Origin: an uncultured Clostridia bacterium
Lineage (GTDB): Bacteria; Bacillota; Clostridia; TANB77; CAG-508
Reading direction: 5' to 3'
Assembly (NCBI GenBank): GCA_963558245.1
Contig: CAUWGA010000001.1
Coordinates: forward strand, 82,588 to 146,587
Length of the DNA: 64,000 nt
The notes below the pieces were generated by a model. That model ran no database searches and was not told the origin of the DNA. It saw only the letters and a program-made list of their open reading frames with translations. The position numbers and the translations under genes were made by a program. Of this stretch, positions 56,179 to 64,000 are shown in pieces (the stretch's first letter is position 1; every line of letters begins with the position of its first letter).

Positions 56179-56207
56179 ATTTTATATTATTCTTTATAAA
56201 AAGTCAA
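56179..56207 (-). promoter_or_regulatory. Candidate sigma-A promoter (TTGACT-17-TAAAAT) for rubrerythrin
   Basis: Minus strand reads ttgact ttttataaagaataata taaaat. The spacer loosely resembles a Per-box half (TTATAAAGAATAATA). Confidence 0.55.
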
Positions 56208-56288
56208 GAATAAATTTTTAGCTAACTTGAATGTTTTTATTCAATTTAGACTTTTCTTAAAAATACTTTTTTCATCTTGTTTTTATTT

Positions 56289-56317
56289 TTGACTTTTTAT
56301 GTAAAATATAGTATAAT
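56289..56317 (+). promoter_or_regulatory. Near-consensus sigma-A promoter (TTGACT-17-TATAAT) for the small plus-strand gene
   Basis: Read directly: TTGACT at 56289-56294 and TATAAT at 56312-56317. Confidence 0.75.
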
Positions 56318-56379
56318 ATATATTGTAACATGTAAATAACATTATACACCCAATTGGGAGAAAGAACGAGGTTTTAGGT

Positions 56380-56559
56380 ATGACAACATCAACAGTTAAA
56401 GCAACAGAAAGATCAGGACACTATGAAATATTTAGAAACGGTATTTTCGTCGAAAAAGTTTATGCAACACCTTATATTGTGTATGCTAAGAATCTTACTT
56501 CAGATGAACGTATCGCAGTTCAACTGAAAGCAGCTGCAGACTACAAAAGAAATTGCTAA
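56380..56559 (+). CDS. Unannotated small protein, 59 aa (below the ORF-track cutoff)
   Basis: My translation is MTTSTVKATERSGHYEIFRNGIFVEKVYATPYIVYAKNLTSDERIAVQLKAAADYKRNC. GAGG lies 8 nt upstream, and the gene has its own promoter and terminator. By eye it looks more G+C-rich than its surroundings. Confidence 0.6.
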   Translation: MTTSTVKATERSGHYEIFRNGIFVEKVYATPYIVYAKNLTSDERIAVQLKAAADYKRNC

Positions 56560-56567
56560 CTCCCATA

Positions 56568-56610
56568 ATCCAGATGCCAATAATTACTGGCGTCTGGATC
56601 TTTTATTTAT
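56568..56610 (+). terminator. Rho-independent terminator of the small gene
   Basis: 11-bp stem atccagatgcc / ggcgtctggat (one G-U pair) with a 10-nt loop, followed by cttttatttatt. Confidence 0.85.
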
Positions 56611-56680
56611 TATATTTAAATTTTATTTTTAAATTTTAAAAAGAGTATTTAACTTTTTTGTTAAACACTCGTTTGGTATT

Positions 56681-56913
56681 TTAAATTATTTTTTGACTTC
56701 TTTCTAATAATTCTTTTTCCACATTTATCTTTAATATAAAATCAAATAATGCATGTACTTCAATTATTTTCTTATTCACGTTTTTAAAATATTTTTTAAG
56801 GTTTTCAAATATTCAATACATGGTTCGTCAAAACTTTGAATTGTAAACCTGCTACTACATATATCTGTTTTTTCTAGATTTGTATTTTTGAAAAAACTCA
56901 TAATATTTTCCAT
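56681..56913 (-). pseudogene. Possible decayed small gene (about 77 codons recoverable only across two frameshifts)
   Basis: Three consecutive minus-strand reading-frame pieces: MENIMSFF / FKNTNLEKTDICSSRFTIQSFDEPCIEYLKTLKNILKT / KNVNKKIIEVHALFDFILKINVEKELLERSQKII. The frame changes sit at T7 and A5 homopolymer runs. Confidence 0.3.
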
Positions 56914-57104
56914 TTACTTCGATAATTGCAAAATAGTTTTTTATAACTTTCTAAAATTGATAATAATTTATACAAAGATTAATCATTTGGATACAGTATA
57001 TGCTATTAGTACAAATAGCATATTTAACAATAATTTTTTTAAAATGTAAACAATCAACCATTTTACCGATTGATTTTTATTCACAATTTTATAAAATTAG
57101 TAAT

Positions 57105-57187
57105 TGGTGCCGATGGTGGGACTCGAACCCACATGGTTTCCCGCACGATTTTGAGTCGTGTGCGTCTGCCAGTTCCGCCACATCGGC
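57105..57187 (-). tRNA. tRNA-Leu (anticodon CAA), CCA encoded
   Basis: I folded it by hand. Acceptor stem GCCGATG/CATCGGC, anticodon stem CACGA/TCGTG with loop CTCAAAA, an 11-nt variable arm, and T arm GTGGG-TTCGAGT-CCCAC, ending in ACCA. Confidence 0.95.
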
Positions 57188-57387
57188 ATAAAATGTTTCG
57201 TAATAGCTAACTACTACGAAATCATTTAACAACTTTATATTAACATATATTTTAATAAAAGTCTAGTAATTTTCAATTTATTTCTTTTCAATTGCTAATT
57301 ATCATTTAAAATTTTCTTGCAGTCAATATTAGCATAGAATACTAATTTTAGAAACTACTTTTTCTTTTATAATTTACATTTAATTTA

Positions 57388-59709
57388 TTATTTCACTTCT
57401 TCTTGTTTCTTCACTTCAGCATCAAATTCAAATACATTAATATTTTTTACATTAACATCTGCAAAATCATCTTTTTCATTATCAAGTTCTGCTATTTTAA
57501 ATTGTGTTTTATTTACCAATGTTAAATTTAATTTTGTTATATCTATTAATATATTTGTTGATAAATCTTGTCCTTCTGGCAATGTTTTGTTTTGATTATC
57601 ATAAAATATACAGTTTGTATAGCTTATAGCGTTTGCCCCTTCTGGTAAGTTAATTTTATAAAAATTAACTTTGTTGTTTTCATTTTTTATTGCATTTGCT
57701 ATTTCATTTTCTGGATTAATATCAAAAATATTTATTTGTTTTTCATCTAATCTGTCATCAATTATTGCTTTATATACTGGTAATTCTTCTGGAGTTACTA
57801 CTTTATTAATAGCTTCTTTTATACTACTTATCACATTTTCTAATGACATTTTAAATCCTATTTGCTTTGTTGTTTTACTAATTTCTAATATATTGAACTT
57901 ATCCTTTGGCATTTCTCTGTGTTTTTTATTTTTTATCTTAGAAACTTTTGTACTATCTTGCAATATTCCTCCAAAAATGTCAAATTCTTCTGATGTAAGT
58001 GTTTTTTCTTCTATTGCTTCTTTTTTTATTTCTTTTAATGCTAATTCTATATCTTTTGGAGAAAATTCATTTGATTTTATTTTATTTAACAATGGTAATA
58101 GTTCTGTAGATGTTATATATAAACTATCTGTTTCATTTTTAGTTAAGTTTTTTCTTTGCATTTTGTCCATTGTTTTTCCGAATTTCTCAATGTCTTCATT
58201 ATAGTCAAATACTTTTGTTATTTTCTTTATAATATTTACTTCTTCCGCTTCTCCTTCTGGTAGTGAACTCATCTCATCCTTATTGCTATATTTCCAGAAT
58301 TCAAATATACTTTTTTTGTGACTGTCTATTTCTGCTATAAATGCTGTTGCATTTTCAATTTTCTTTTGCATATTTTTATTTTTTAGTTTTAGACTATTTA
58401 TATCCATTAAGATATTTTTTAATTCGTTTTCTTTGTCGTTTATATTTTTATATAATTCTAATAGTTCTTCTATATTGTAACTTGTCTTTCTTTTTTTCTT
58501 TTTTGGTAATTCTTCATTTTCATCTGATGCTTCATTTTCCAATTGTATTGTTTCATTTTTATTGTCTTTAATTTTATTTTTTGAATTCTTTTTACTATAT
58601 TTAAAAAAGTATTTAAATTTACCCAAAAATGTTTTTTTACATTCTAAAAAAGTTGATATTTGTTTTTCTTTTGCTAAATATTCTATTTCTTGAGATGCAA
58701 TTTCTACTTTTAATTCTTGTAGTTTTGTTGTATTCTTTTCGATAGCTTGTTCCGCATTTAATAGTTTATCTTCTCCTAAACGATATTCATCTTTTATCCA
58801 CTCTACTATATCTTTATATTCTATTTTTCTATCTTCTAAATAAAATTCTATTTCACCGTTTTTACCTATATCTGTTCTAAAAAAGAAATAATGTGGTAGC
58901 TCTGTTTGTAAAATAAACATTGCCTTTAATAATTTATAAAATTGATTTGCCTCTTCTTCACTATCTAATTTTATTTTATACTGACTTTTTATTTTTTGAT
59001 ATACTTCTGTTTCTCCTACAATTTGTATAGATAATTTATCTTTTTTGTCATATACTTCATATATTAATGGCCAGTCTTTAGTAAACAACCATAAATAATT
59101 TTCTATGTCTTCAAATTCTGATTTTTTTAAATATGTAGTTCCATAATCCACATTACGTATAGGAACAAATATTTTTGCTCCTCTTTTTTTCTCTATTTGT
59201 TTTTTTATTAAATAGAAAAATGTTGAGTAGTCAGAGTCTTCTGTTGGAACTAACATAAAATATCTATCTGTATTTTCTGAATAATATATTTGCCATAAAT
59301 AATTATTTTCATATTTAACTTTAAATGGTATTTTTTTATTTAAGTTTTCTTGTTCTTCAGAAATTTTTTCTACATCTTCTATTTTAAATTGATTTAACAT
59401 ATTTAAAAATGTAGTATAATTAAGAATATTTTCTTCAGATTCACTATCTAAGTATTCTGATAATGGTTTTGCTTTTTTATATTTTTCTTCTATGCTATCT
59501 AATCTATGTGTTGGTGAAAGTAATATTTCTATATCCTTTATTGGTACATATCTATATTGTTTGTATTGCTTTTCATCATAAAATTTTGGTATTCTAAATT
59601 CCAATGGTTTGCATTTTTTGAATTCTTTAGGAATATTATTTAAATCTAACCCTACGTATTCTAATTTTTCTTCTATACTTTTATTTTTTTCAGAGACTTT
59701 TTTTGGCAA
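57388..59709 (-). CDS. Hypothetical 773-aa protein (globular N-terminal third, central coiled coil and K-rich linker, C-terminal domain)
   Basis: Long uninterrupted ORF in an AT-rich background. No catalytic or nucleotide-binding motif recognised. Confidence 0.65.
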   Translation of the reverse strand: MPKKVSEKNKSIEEKLEYVGLDLNNIPKEFKKCKPLEFRIPKFYDEKQYKQYRYVPIKDIEILLSPTHRLDSIEEKYKKAKPLSEYLDSESEENILNYTTFLNMLNQFKIEDVEKISEEQENLNKKIPFKVKYENNYLWQIYYSENTDRYFMLVPTEDSDYSTFFYLIKKQIEKKRGAKIFVPIRNVDYGTTYLKKSEFEDIENYLWLFTKDWPLIYEVYDKKDKLSIQIVGETEVYQKIKSQYKIKLDSEEEANQFYKLLKAMFILQTELPHYFFFRTDIGKNGEIEFYLEDRKIEYKDIVEWIKDEYRLGEDKLLNAEQAIEKNTTKLQELKVEIASQEIEYLAKEKQISTFLECKKTFLGKFKYFFKYSKKNSKNKIKDNKNETIQLENEASDENEELPKKKKRKTSYNIEELLELYKNINDKENELKNILMDINSLKLKNKNMQKKIENATAFIAEIDSHKKSIFEFWKYSNKDEMSSLPEGEAEEVNIIKKITKVFDYNEDIEKFGKTMDKMQRKNLTKNETDSLYITSTELLPLLNKIKSNEFSPKDIELALKEIKKEAIEEKTLTSEEFDIFGGILQDSTKVSKIKNKKHREMPKDKFNILEISKTTKQIGFKMSLENVISSIKEAINKVVTPEELPVYKAIIDDRLDEKQINIFDINPENEIANAIKNENNKVNFYKINLPEGANAISYTNCIFYDNQNKTLPEGQDLSTNILIDITKLNLTLVNKTQFKIAELDNEKDDFADVNVKNINVFEFDAEVKKQEEVK

Positions 59710-59729
59710 CGTACTTCTCCCTTCATACT

Positions 59730-60656
59730 TTATTTTATTATTTCATAAAAATTTTTAAATTCATATCCTTTTTCTCTTAAATTTTGAATTATTTGTTGTA
59801 ATATATCTGCTGTTACTTTTTTTGCAGGCGAATCATGCATCAATACTACTATACTATTTTTATTTTCTGTTGTTTCATTTAGTCTTGATATTTCAAATTC
59901 TGGTGTTAAGTTATTTCTTTCTGCATCTCCATTTAATGCATTCCAATCTACATATGCTATATTATTTTGTTTTAATATTTCGCCAGCTTGTTCTTTTATT
60001 TGTGCATATTTCCCTCCTGCTAATCCACCTGGAAATCTAAATAAATGTGAATTATATTCAGGTTCTCCTAATGCTTTTTTTATTTCTTCATTACATTGAT
60101 TATACTCGTTTAATACATTTTCTGGTGTTGAATAAATTTGTGAATATACATGTGAATAACCATGATTTGCAATATAATGTCCTTCATCATATATTCTTTT
60201 TACTATTTCAGGATTTTGAGCAACTTTTGTTCCTAACACAAAAAATGTTGCTTTTACATTTTCTTGTTTTAAAGTATCTAATATTTGTTGTGTTAATGAA
60301 GATGGACCATCATCAAAAGTTAAAAATGCTCGTTTTTGTTCAGATTTATATATTTTTTCTATATTTTGCTTTCCTATTTCTGTTAATTTAGGTAATTTAT
60401 CTTGTCTTCTTTTTTCTGCTTCTGCCTCTTTTTGTTGTTTCTTTTCTAGTTCTTGATTATTTAGGCTAAGAATTTGATTTTCATATTTTTTATATACTTT
60501 ATAACTTATCATTGTATTATTAATATTTCTCCAAATTAACATTATACAAATAATAGATAATAAAATTAATATCACTAATAAAACTTTTTTCTTATCTATT
60601 TTTTGCTTTGTTTCAATTTTATATATAGAAATATCATCTTTTCCATCATTAACCAT
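59730..60656 (-). CDS. Polysaccharide deacetylase (NodB domain), membrane-anchored
   Basis: 308 aa with an N-terminal TM, NodB motifs LTFDDGPS and HGYSH, and RFPGG. Confidence 0.88.
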   Translation of the reverse strand: MVNDGKDDISIYKIETKQKIDKKKVLLVILILLSIICIMLIWRNINNTMISYKVYKKYENQILSLNNQELEKKQQKEAEAEKRRQDKLPKLTEIGKQNIEKIYKSEQKRAFLTFDDGPSSLTQQILDTLKQENVKATFFVLGTKVAQNPEIVKRIYDEGHYIANHGYSHVYSQIYSTPENVLNEYNQCNEEIKKALGEPEYNSHLFRFPGGLAGGKYAQIKEQAGEILKQNNIAYVDWNALNGDAERNNLTPEFEISRLNETTENKNSIVVLMHDSPAKKVTADILQQIIQNLREKGYEFKNFYEIIK

Positions 60657-60693
60657 TTTTATTCCTCTTACTTTTTATTATTTATAATATATT

Positions 60694-62268
60694 TTATCCG
60701 TTCATTAAGCTTTTTATATATCCAATTTCTTCTTCAACATTTAGTCTCATAAATATTGGTTCACCTTTTTCAATTACTTTCTGATTTTCTAATTCATTAT
60801 TTATTTTAAGGTTATTCCATTGTTTTAGTTCTTCATTATTTATTCCAATTTGTCTAAAAATATTTTCTGCTGTTTCATTTATAAATGGTTTTATTAAAAT
60901 TGCTATTTTTCTTAAATTTTCAATTAAATGATACATTACAGATTCTAATTTTTCTTTTTCTTCACTTTTTGCTAATGCCCAAGGCATTGTTTCATCTATA
61001 TATTTATTGGTTCTCGAAATTAATGTCCATATTTCTTGTAATGCATTAGAAATTTCGTATTCTTCCATCTTTTTTTCAAATTTTTCTATTTGTTCTAATG
61101 TATCATGTTCAAATTGTTTATCAACGTCATTTGGTGTTCCATTATAATTAGGAACATTACCATCAAAATATTTATTTACCATTGATACTGTTCTGTTTAA
61201 TAAATTGCTTAAGTCATTACACAAGTCATAATTATATCTTTCAACAAAACTTTCTGGTGAAAATATTCCATCTTGTGCAATTGGCATTTCTCTTAATAAA
61301 AAGTATTTAACACTGTCTAATCCATATCTTTCAATTAAACTTTCTGGGTATATTACATTTCCTTTTGATTTTGACATTTTTCCATCTTTCATCGTAATCC
61401 AGTTATGAACTAATATTGATTTTGGAAGTGGTAAGTCTAAAGCCATTAAAAATATAGGCCAATAAATCAAATGAAATCTTGCTATGTCTTTCCCAACAAT
61501 TTGTAAATCTGCTGGCCAATATTTATTAAATAAAGTATCATCTTCTGATAAATATCCTAATGCAGTTATATAGTTTGTTAATGCATCAAGCCACACATAC
61601 ATAACATGTTTAGGGTCTTTTAGCACAGGTATTCCCCAATCAAATGATGTTCTTGTAACACATAAATCTTCTAGTCCTGGTTTTATAAAATTATTTATCA
61701 TTTCATTTTTTCTAAATGCTGGATATATAAAGTCAGGATGTTCATCATAATATTTTAAAAGTTTGTCTGCATATTTTTTCATATTAAAGAAATATGCTTC
61801 TTCTTTCATTAATTTAACTTCTCTGCCACAGTCTGGACATTTTCCATCTATTAATTGAGTTTCTGTAAAATATGTTTCACAAGGTATACAATACCATCCT
61901 TCATATTCTCCCTTATAAATATCACCTTGTTCCATAAATTTATCAAATATTTTTTGAGCTACTTTCATGTGTTGTTCATCTGTTGTTCTTATAAACTTAT
62001 TATATTTAATGTCCATTTTTGCCCAAAGTTCTTTTGCCATATTTGCCATTCTATCTACATATTCTTGTGGTTTTATGCCTTCTGCTTGTGCTTTTTCTTG
62101 TATCTTTTGTCCATGCTCATCTGTACCTGTTAAAAAATAAGTATCTTCTCCTTTTAGTTCATGAAATCTTTTCATGCTATCTGCCAAAACTTCTGTATAT
62201 GCTGTTCCTATATGAAATCTTCCACTTGGATAATATATTGGTGTTGTTACATAAAATTTATTACTCAT
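60694..62268 (-). CDS. metG: Methionine--tRNA ligase (short form, without the C-terminal tRNA-binding domain)
   Basis: 524 aa with a HIGH-type motif (GRFHIGTAYT), KMSKS and a Cys knuckle (CPDCG). Confidence 0.95.
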   Translation of the reverse strand: MSNKFYVTTPIYYPSGRFHIGTAYTEVLADSMKRFHELKGEDTYFLTGTDEHGQKIQEKAQAEGIKPQEYVDRMANMAKELWAKMDIKYNKFIRTTDEQHMKVAQKIFDKFMEQGDIYKGEYEGWYCIPCETYFTETQLIDGKCPDCGREVKLMKEEAYFFNMKKYADKLLKYYDEHPDFIYPAFRKNEMINNFIKPGLEDLCVTRTSFDWGIPVLKDPKHVMYVWLDALTNYITALGYLSEDDTLFNKYWPADLQIVGKDIARFHLIYWPIFLMALDLPLPKSILVHNWITMKDGKMSKSKGNVIYPESLIERYGLDSVKYFLLREMPIAQDGIFSPESFVERYNYDLCNDLSNLLNRTVSMVNKYFDGNVPNYNGTPNDVDKQFEHDTLEQIEKFEKKMEEYEISNALQEIWTLISRTNKYIDETMPWALAKSEEKEKLESVMYHLIENLRKIAILIKPFINETAENIFRQIGINNEELKQWNNLKINNELENQKVIEKGEPIFMRLNVEEEIGYIKSLMNG

Positions 62269-62286
62269 CTTTATCTCCTTTTATTT

Positions 62287-62319
62287 ATGTCCTATTGGGG
62301 ATGTTTCTTAAGTGGACAT
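62287..62319 (-). repeat. GTCC/GGAC palindromic element, copy E-left (33-nt form)
   Basis: Minus-strand reading is ATGTCCACTTAAGAAACATCCCCAATAGGACAT. It is the inverted partner of 62339..62371. Confidence 0.85.
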
Positions 62320-62338
62320 TTTGTAAAAAAATATAAAA

Positions 62339-62371
62339 ATGTCCACTTAAGAAACGTCCCCAAATGGACAA
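62339..62371 (+). repeat. GTCC/GGAC palindromic element, copy E-right (33-nt form)
   Basis: Plus-strand reading is ATGTCCACTTAAGAAACGTCCCCAAATGGACAA. It is 29/32 complementary to E-left across a 19-nt loop. Confidence 0.85.
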
Positions 62372-62387
62372 CATCTTTTCATTGCAC

Positions 62388-62416
62388 ATTTTATCACTTT
62401 TTGTCCTAAATAGCAA
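62388..62416 (-). promoter_or_regulatory. Candidate sigma-A promoter with extended -10 (TTGCTA-17-TGaTAAAAT) for metG
   Basis: Minus strand reads ttgcta tttaggacaaaaagtga taaaat. It places the E hairpin inside the metG 5' UTR. Confidence 0.6.
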
Positions 62417-62418
62417 TA

Positions 62419-62458
62419 AGCAAGAGTACCTTTGTAAAGATTTCTCTTGCTTTTTTTA
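62419..62458. terminator. Hairpin terminator downstream of the Ca-type P-type ATPase
   Basis: Stem agcaagag / ctcttgct with a 17-nt loop. An A/T-run lies on each side, with the stronger T-run on the plus strand. Confidence 0.5.
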
Positions 62459-62479
62459 TTTTATATAAATTTAATATTT

Positions 62480-64000
62480 TTATTCATCTTTTGTAGAATT
62501 AATTTTAAATAGTTTAAATATTTCTACTATTACTAATGGCGCAAATATTAGTGCAATTAGTTCTATAACATTTTGTGAAGGTAATACTGGGATGCTAAAT
62601 ATGTTTCTTAATGCTGGTATTAATAATATAGAAATCATTAATACTGCTGAGGCTAAAATTGCCCATATCAATTTGCTATTATTAAATACTTTTGTTTTAA
62701 ATATTGATTTTTTATTATTTCTTACATTAAATACATGTACTAATTCTGACATTGCAAGTGTAACAAACGCCATTGTTTGACCAACTTCAATTTTAGATTC
62801 GTCTAATGATAATCCATTTATTGGCTCTGTTGTTGTTGCTAAACCTATCATAAATGCTCCAAGTGTAAGAAGTCCTATCATAACACCTTGATAAATAACT
62901 CTCCATGTCATTCCTTTAGTGAATACTCCTTTTCCTGGTTTAGCAGGTTTTCGTTTCATTATGTCTTGATTTGCTGGGTCAAATGCTAATGCTAAAGCTG
63001 GTAATGAATCTGTTACTAGGTTTATCCATAAAATATGAATTGGTAATAAAATCTCTAAATGTGTAATGTCTGTTATACCAAACCAACTTGCAAATAATGG
63101 TGTACATAATGTTGCTAAGAATAAAACTACAACTTCTCCAACATTACTTGATAATAAAAATTGAATTACTTTTAAAATGTTATCGTAAATACGTCTACCT
63201 TCTTCTACTGCTGAAACTATTGTTGCAAAATTATCATCTGTTAATATTACATCTGCTGCCTCTTTTGCAACATCTGTACCTACAACTCCCATTGCACAAC
63301 CTATATTAGCTGTTTTTAATGCTGGACTGTCATTTACTCCATCTCCAGTCATCGCAACTATTTCTCCATTTTTTTGCCATGCTTTTACTATTCTTACTTT
63401 ATGTTCTGGAGAAACTCTTGCATAAACAGAATAATGTCTAACATTTTTTTCTAAGTCTTCATCTGTCATTTTTTCCAAGTCAGCACCTGTTATTGCTTCA
63501 TCTTCATTTTCTAATATTCCTAATTTTTTAGCAATTGCTGTTGCTGTAATTTTATGGTCTCCTGTAATCATTACTGTTTTTATTCCTGCTGTTTTACATT
63601 TTTCAACTGCTTTTTTAGCTTCTTCTCTTGGTGGATCTATCATTCCAACCATTCCTACAAATATTAAATTATTTTCTATATTTTCCATATCTTCTTTTGT
63701 AGGTTTATGATCTATTTCTTTATAAGCACAAGCTAATACTCTTAATGCTTCTTTTGCCATTTCTTCATTGTTTTTTCTAATGACTTTTGAATAATTTTCT
63801 AAGTCTGTTTTAATTTCTCCATTCAATACATATCCTGTACATATGTGTAATAATTCGTCAACTCCACCTTTAGTATATACAATATATTTTCCATTAACTT
63901 CATTTACTGTTGTCATTAACTTTCTATCTGAATCAAATGGAATTTCTTCTAATCTAGGCATTCTATCATACACACTTGGGTCAAAATCTAATTTAAAAGC
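62480..64000 (-). CDS. Calcium-type (P2) cation-translocating P-type ATPase, C-terminal ~506 codons (gene continues beyond the right window edge)
   Basis: Contains ITGDHKITATAIA and MTGDGVNDSPALK, plus C-terminal TM helices with ILWINLVTDSLPALALA. The reading frame stays open upstream of the track's first Met to position 64000. Confidence 0.9.
   Translation of the reverse strand, partial: AFKLDFDPSVYDRMPRLEEIPFDSDRKLMTTVNEVNGKYIVYTKGGVDELLHICTGYVLNGEIKTDLENYSKVIRKNNEEMAKEALRVLACAYKEIDHKPTKEDMENIENNLIFVGMVGMIDPPREEAKKAVEKCKTAGIKTVMITGDHKITATAIAKKLGILENEDEAITGADLEKMTDEDLEKNVRHYSVYARVSPEHKVRIVKAWQKNGEIVAMTGDGVNDSPALKTANIGCAMGVVGTDVAKEAADVILTDDNFATIVSAVEEGRRIYDNILKVIQFLLSSNVGEVVVLFLATLCTPLFASWFGITDITHLEILLPIHILWINLVTDSLPALALAFDPANQDIMKRKPAKPGKGVFTKGMTWRVIYQGVMIGLLTLGAFMIGLATTTEPINGLSLDESKIEVGQTMAFVTLAMSELVHVFNVRNNKKSIFKTKVFNNSKLIWAILASAVLMISILLIPALRNIFSIPVLPSQNVIELIALIFAPLVIVEIFKLFKINSTKDE

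Noticed and set aside
57000-57191. 63-aa plus-strand ORF
   Set aside because: It runs antisense through tRNA-Leu(CAA), so it is an artefact.

Overview
Very AT-rich chromosomal segment from an endospore-forming Firmicute, Clostridia-like. It is coded almost entirely on the minus strand. I did not compute GC content. Content, left to right:
- uvrA (5' part, truncated by the window edge), a beta-CASP MBL RNase-like gene and fhs.
- A PAP2-like membrane protein, xseB-xseA-nusB and an Asp23/AmaP stress module.
- A complete spoIIIAA-AH operon, with spoIIIAE broken by a 1-nt frameshift.
- yebC, a Ham1-like NTPase, a histidine phosphatase, a MacB-type ABC fusion, a GNAT and a GH3 beta-glucosidase.
- A plus-strand island of two glycosyltransferases.
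- A nucleoside-type cluster: ParB-fold protein, YhhQ, nucleoside 2-deoxyribosyltransferase, P-loop kinase, PHP phosphoesterase.
- A P-type ATPase, lipid genes (plsC-like, ugtP-like, dgkA) and copA-copZ.
- An ECF sigma/anti-sigma pair, an RsmB/F-like methyltransferase, DUF1064 and metK.
- An ABC-2 exporter with an acidic coiled-coil protein, fmt-def-priA, rpoZ-remA-yicC, rsmE and rubrerythrin.
- tRNA-Leu(CAA), a 773-aa orphan, a polysaccharide deacetylase, metG and the 3' part of a Ca-type P-type ATPase.

No CRISPR array, transposase, integrase or recognisable defence system was seen.

Main hunt results:
1. A dispersed family of 33-39 nt GTCC/GGAC palindromic elements, six copies in the window. 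Three copies abut Shine-Dalgarno sequences, and one inverted dimer forms a ~33-bp stem in the metG leader.
2. A ParB-fold + YhhQ + deoxyribosyltransferase + kinase + PHP cluster. It looks like an undescribed nucleobase or 7-deazapurine salvage or modification module. This is inference only.
3. An unannotated 59-codon gene with its own consensus promoter and terminator.
4. A structured ~100-nt leader with mutually exclusive pairings upstream of an orphan gene.
5. An anti-sigma factor with an FtsX-ECD-like sensor domain.
6. A frameshifted spoIIIAE.

Every call comes from reading the sequence and recalling family motifs. No database search was run.
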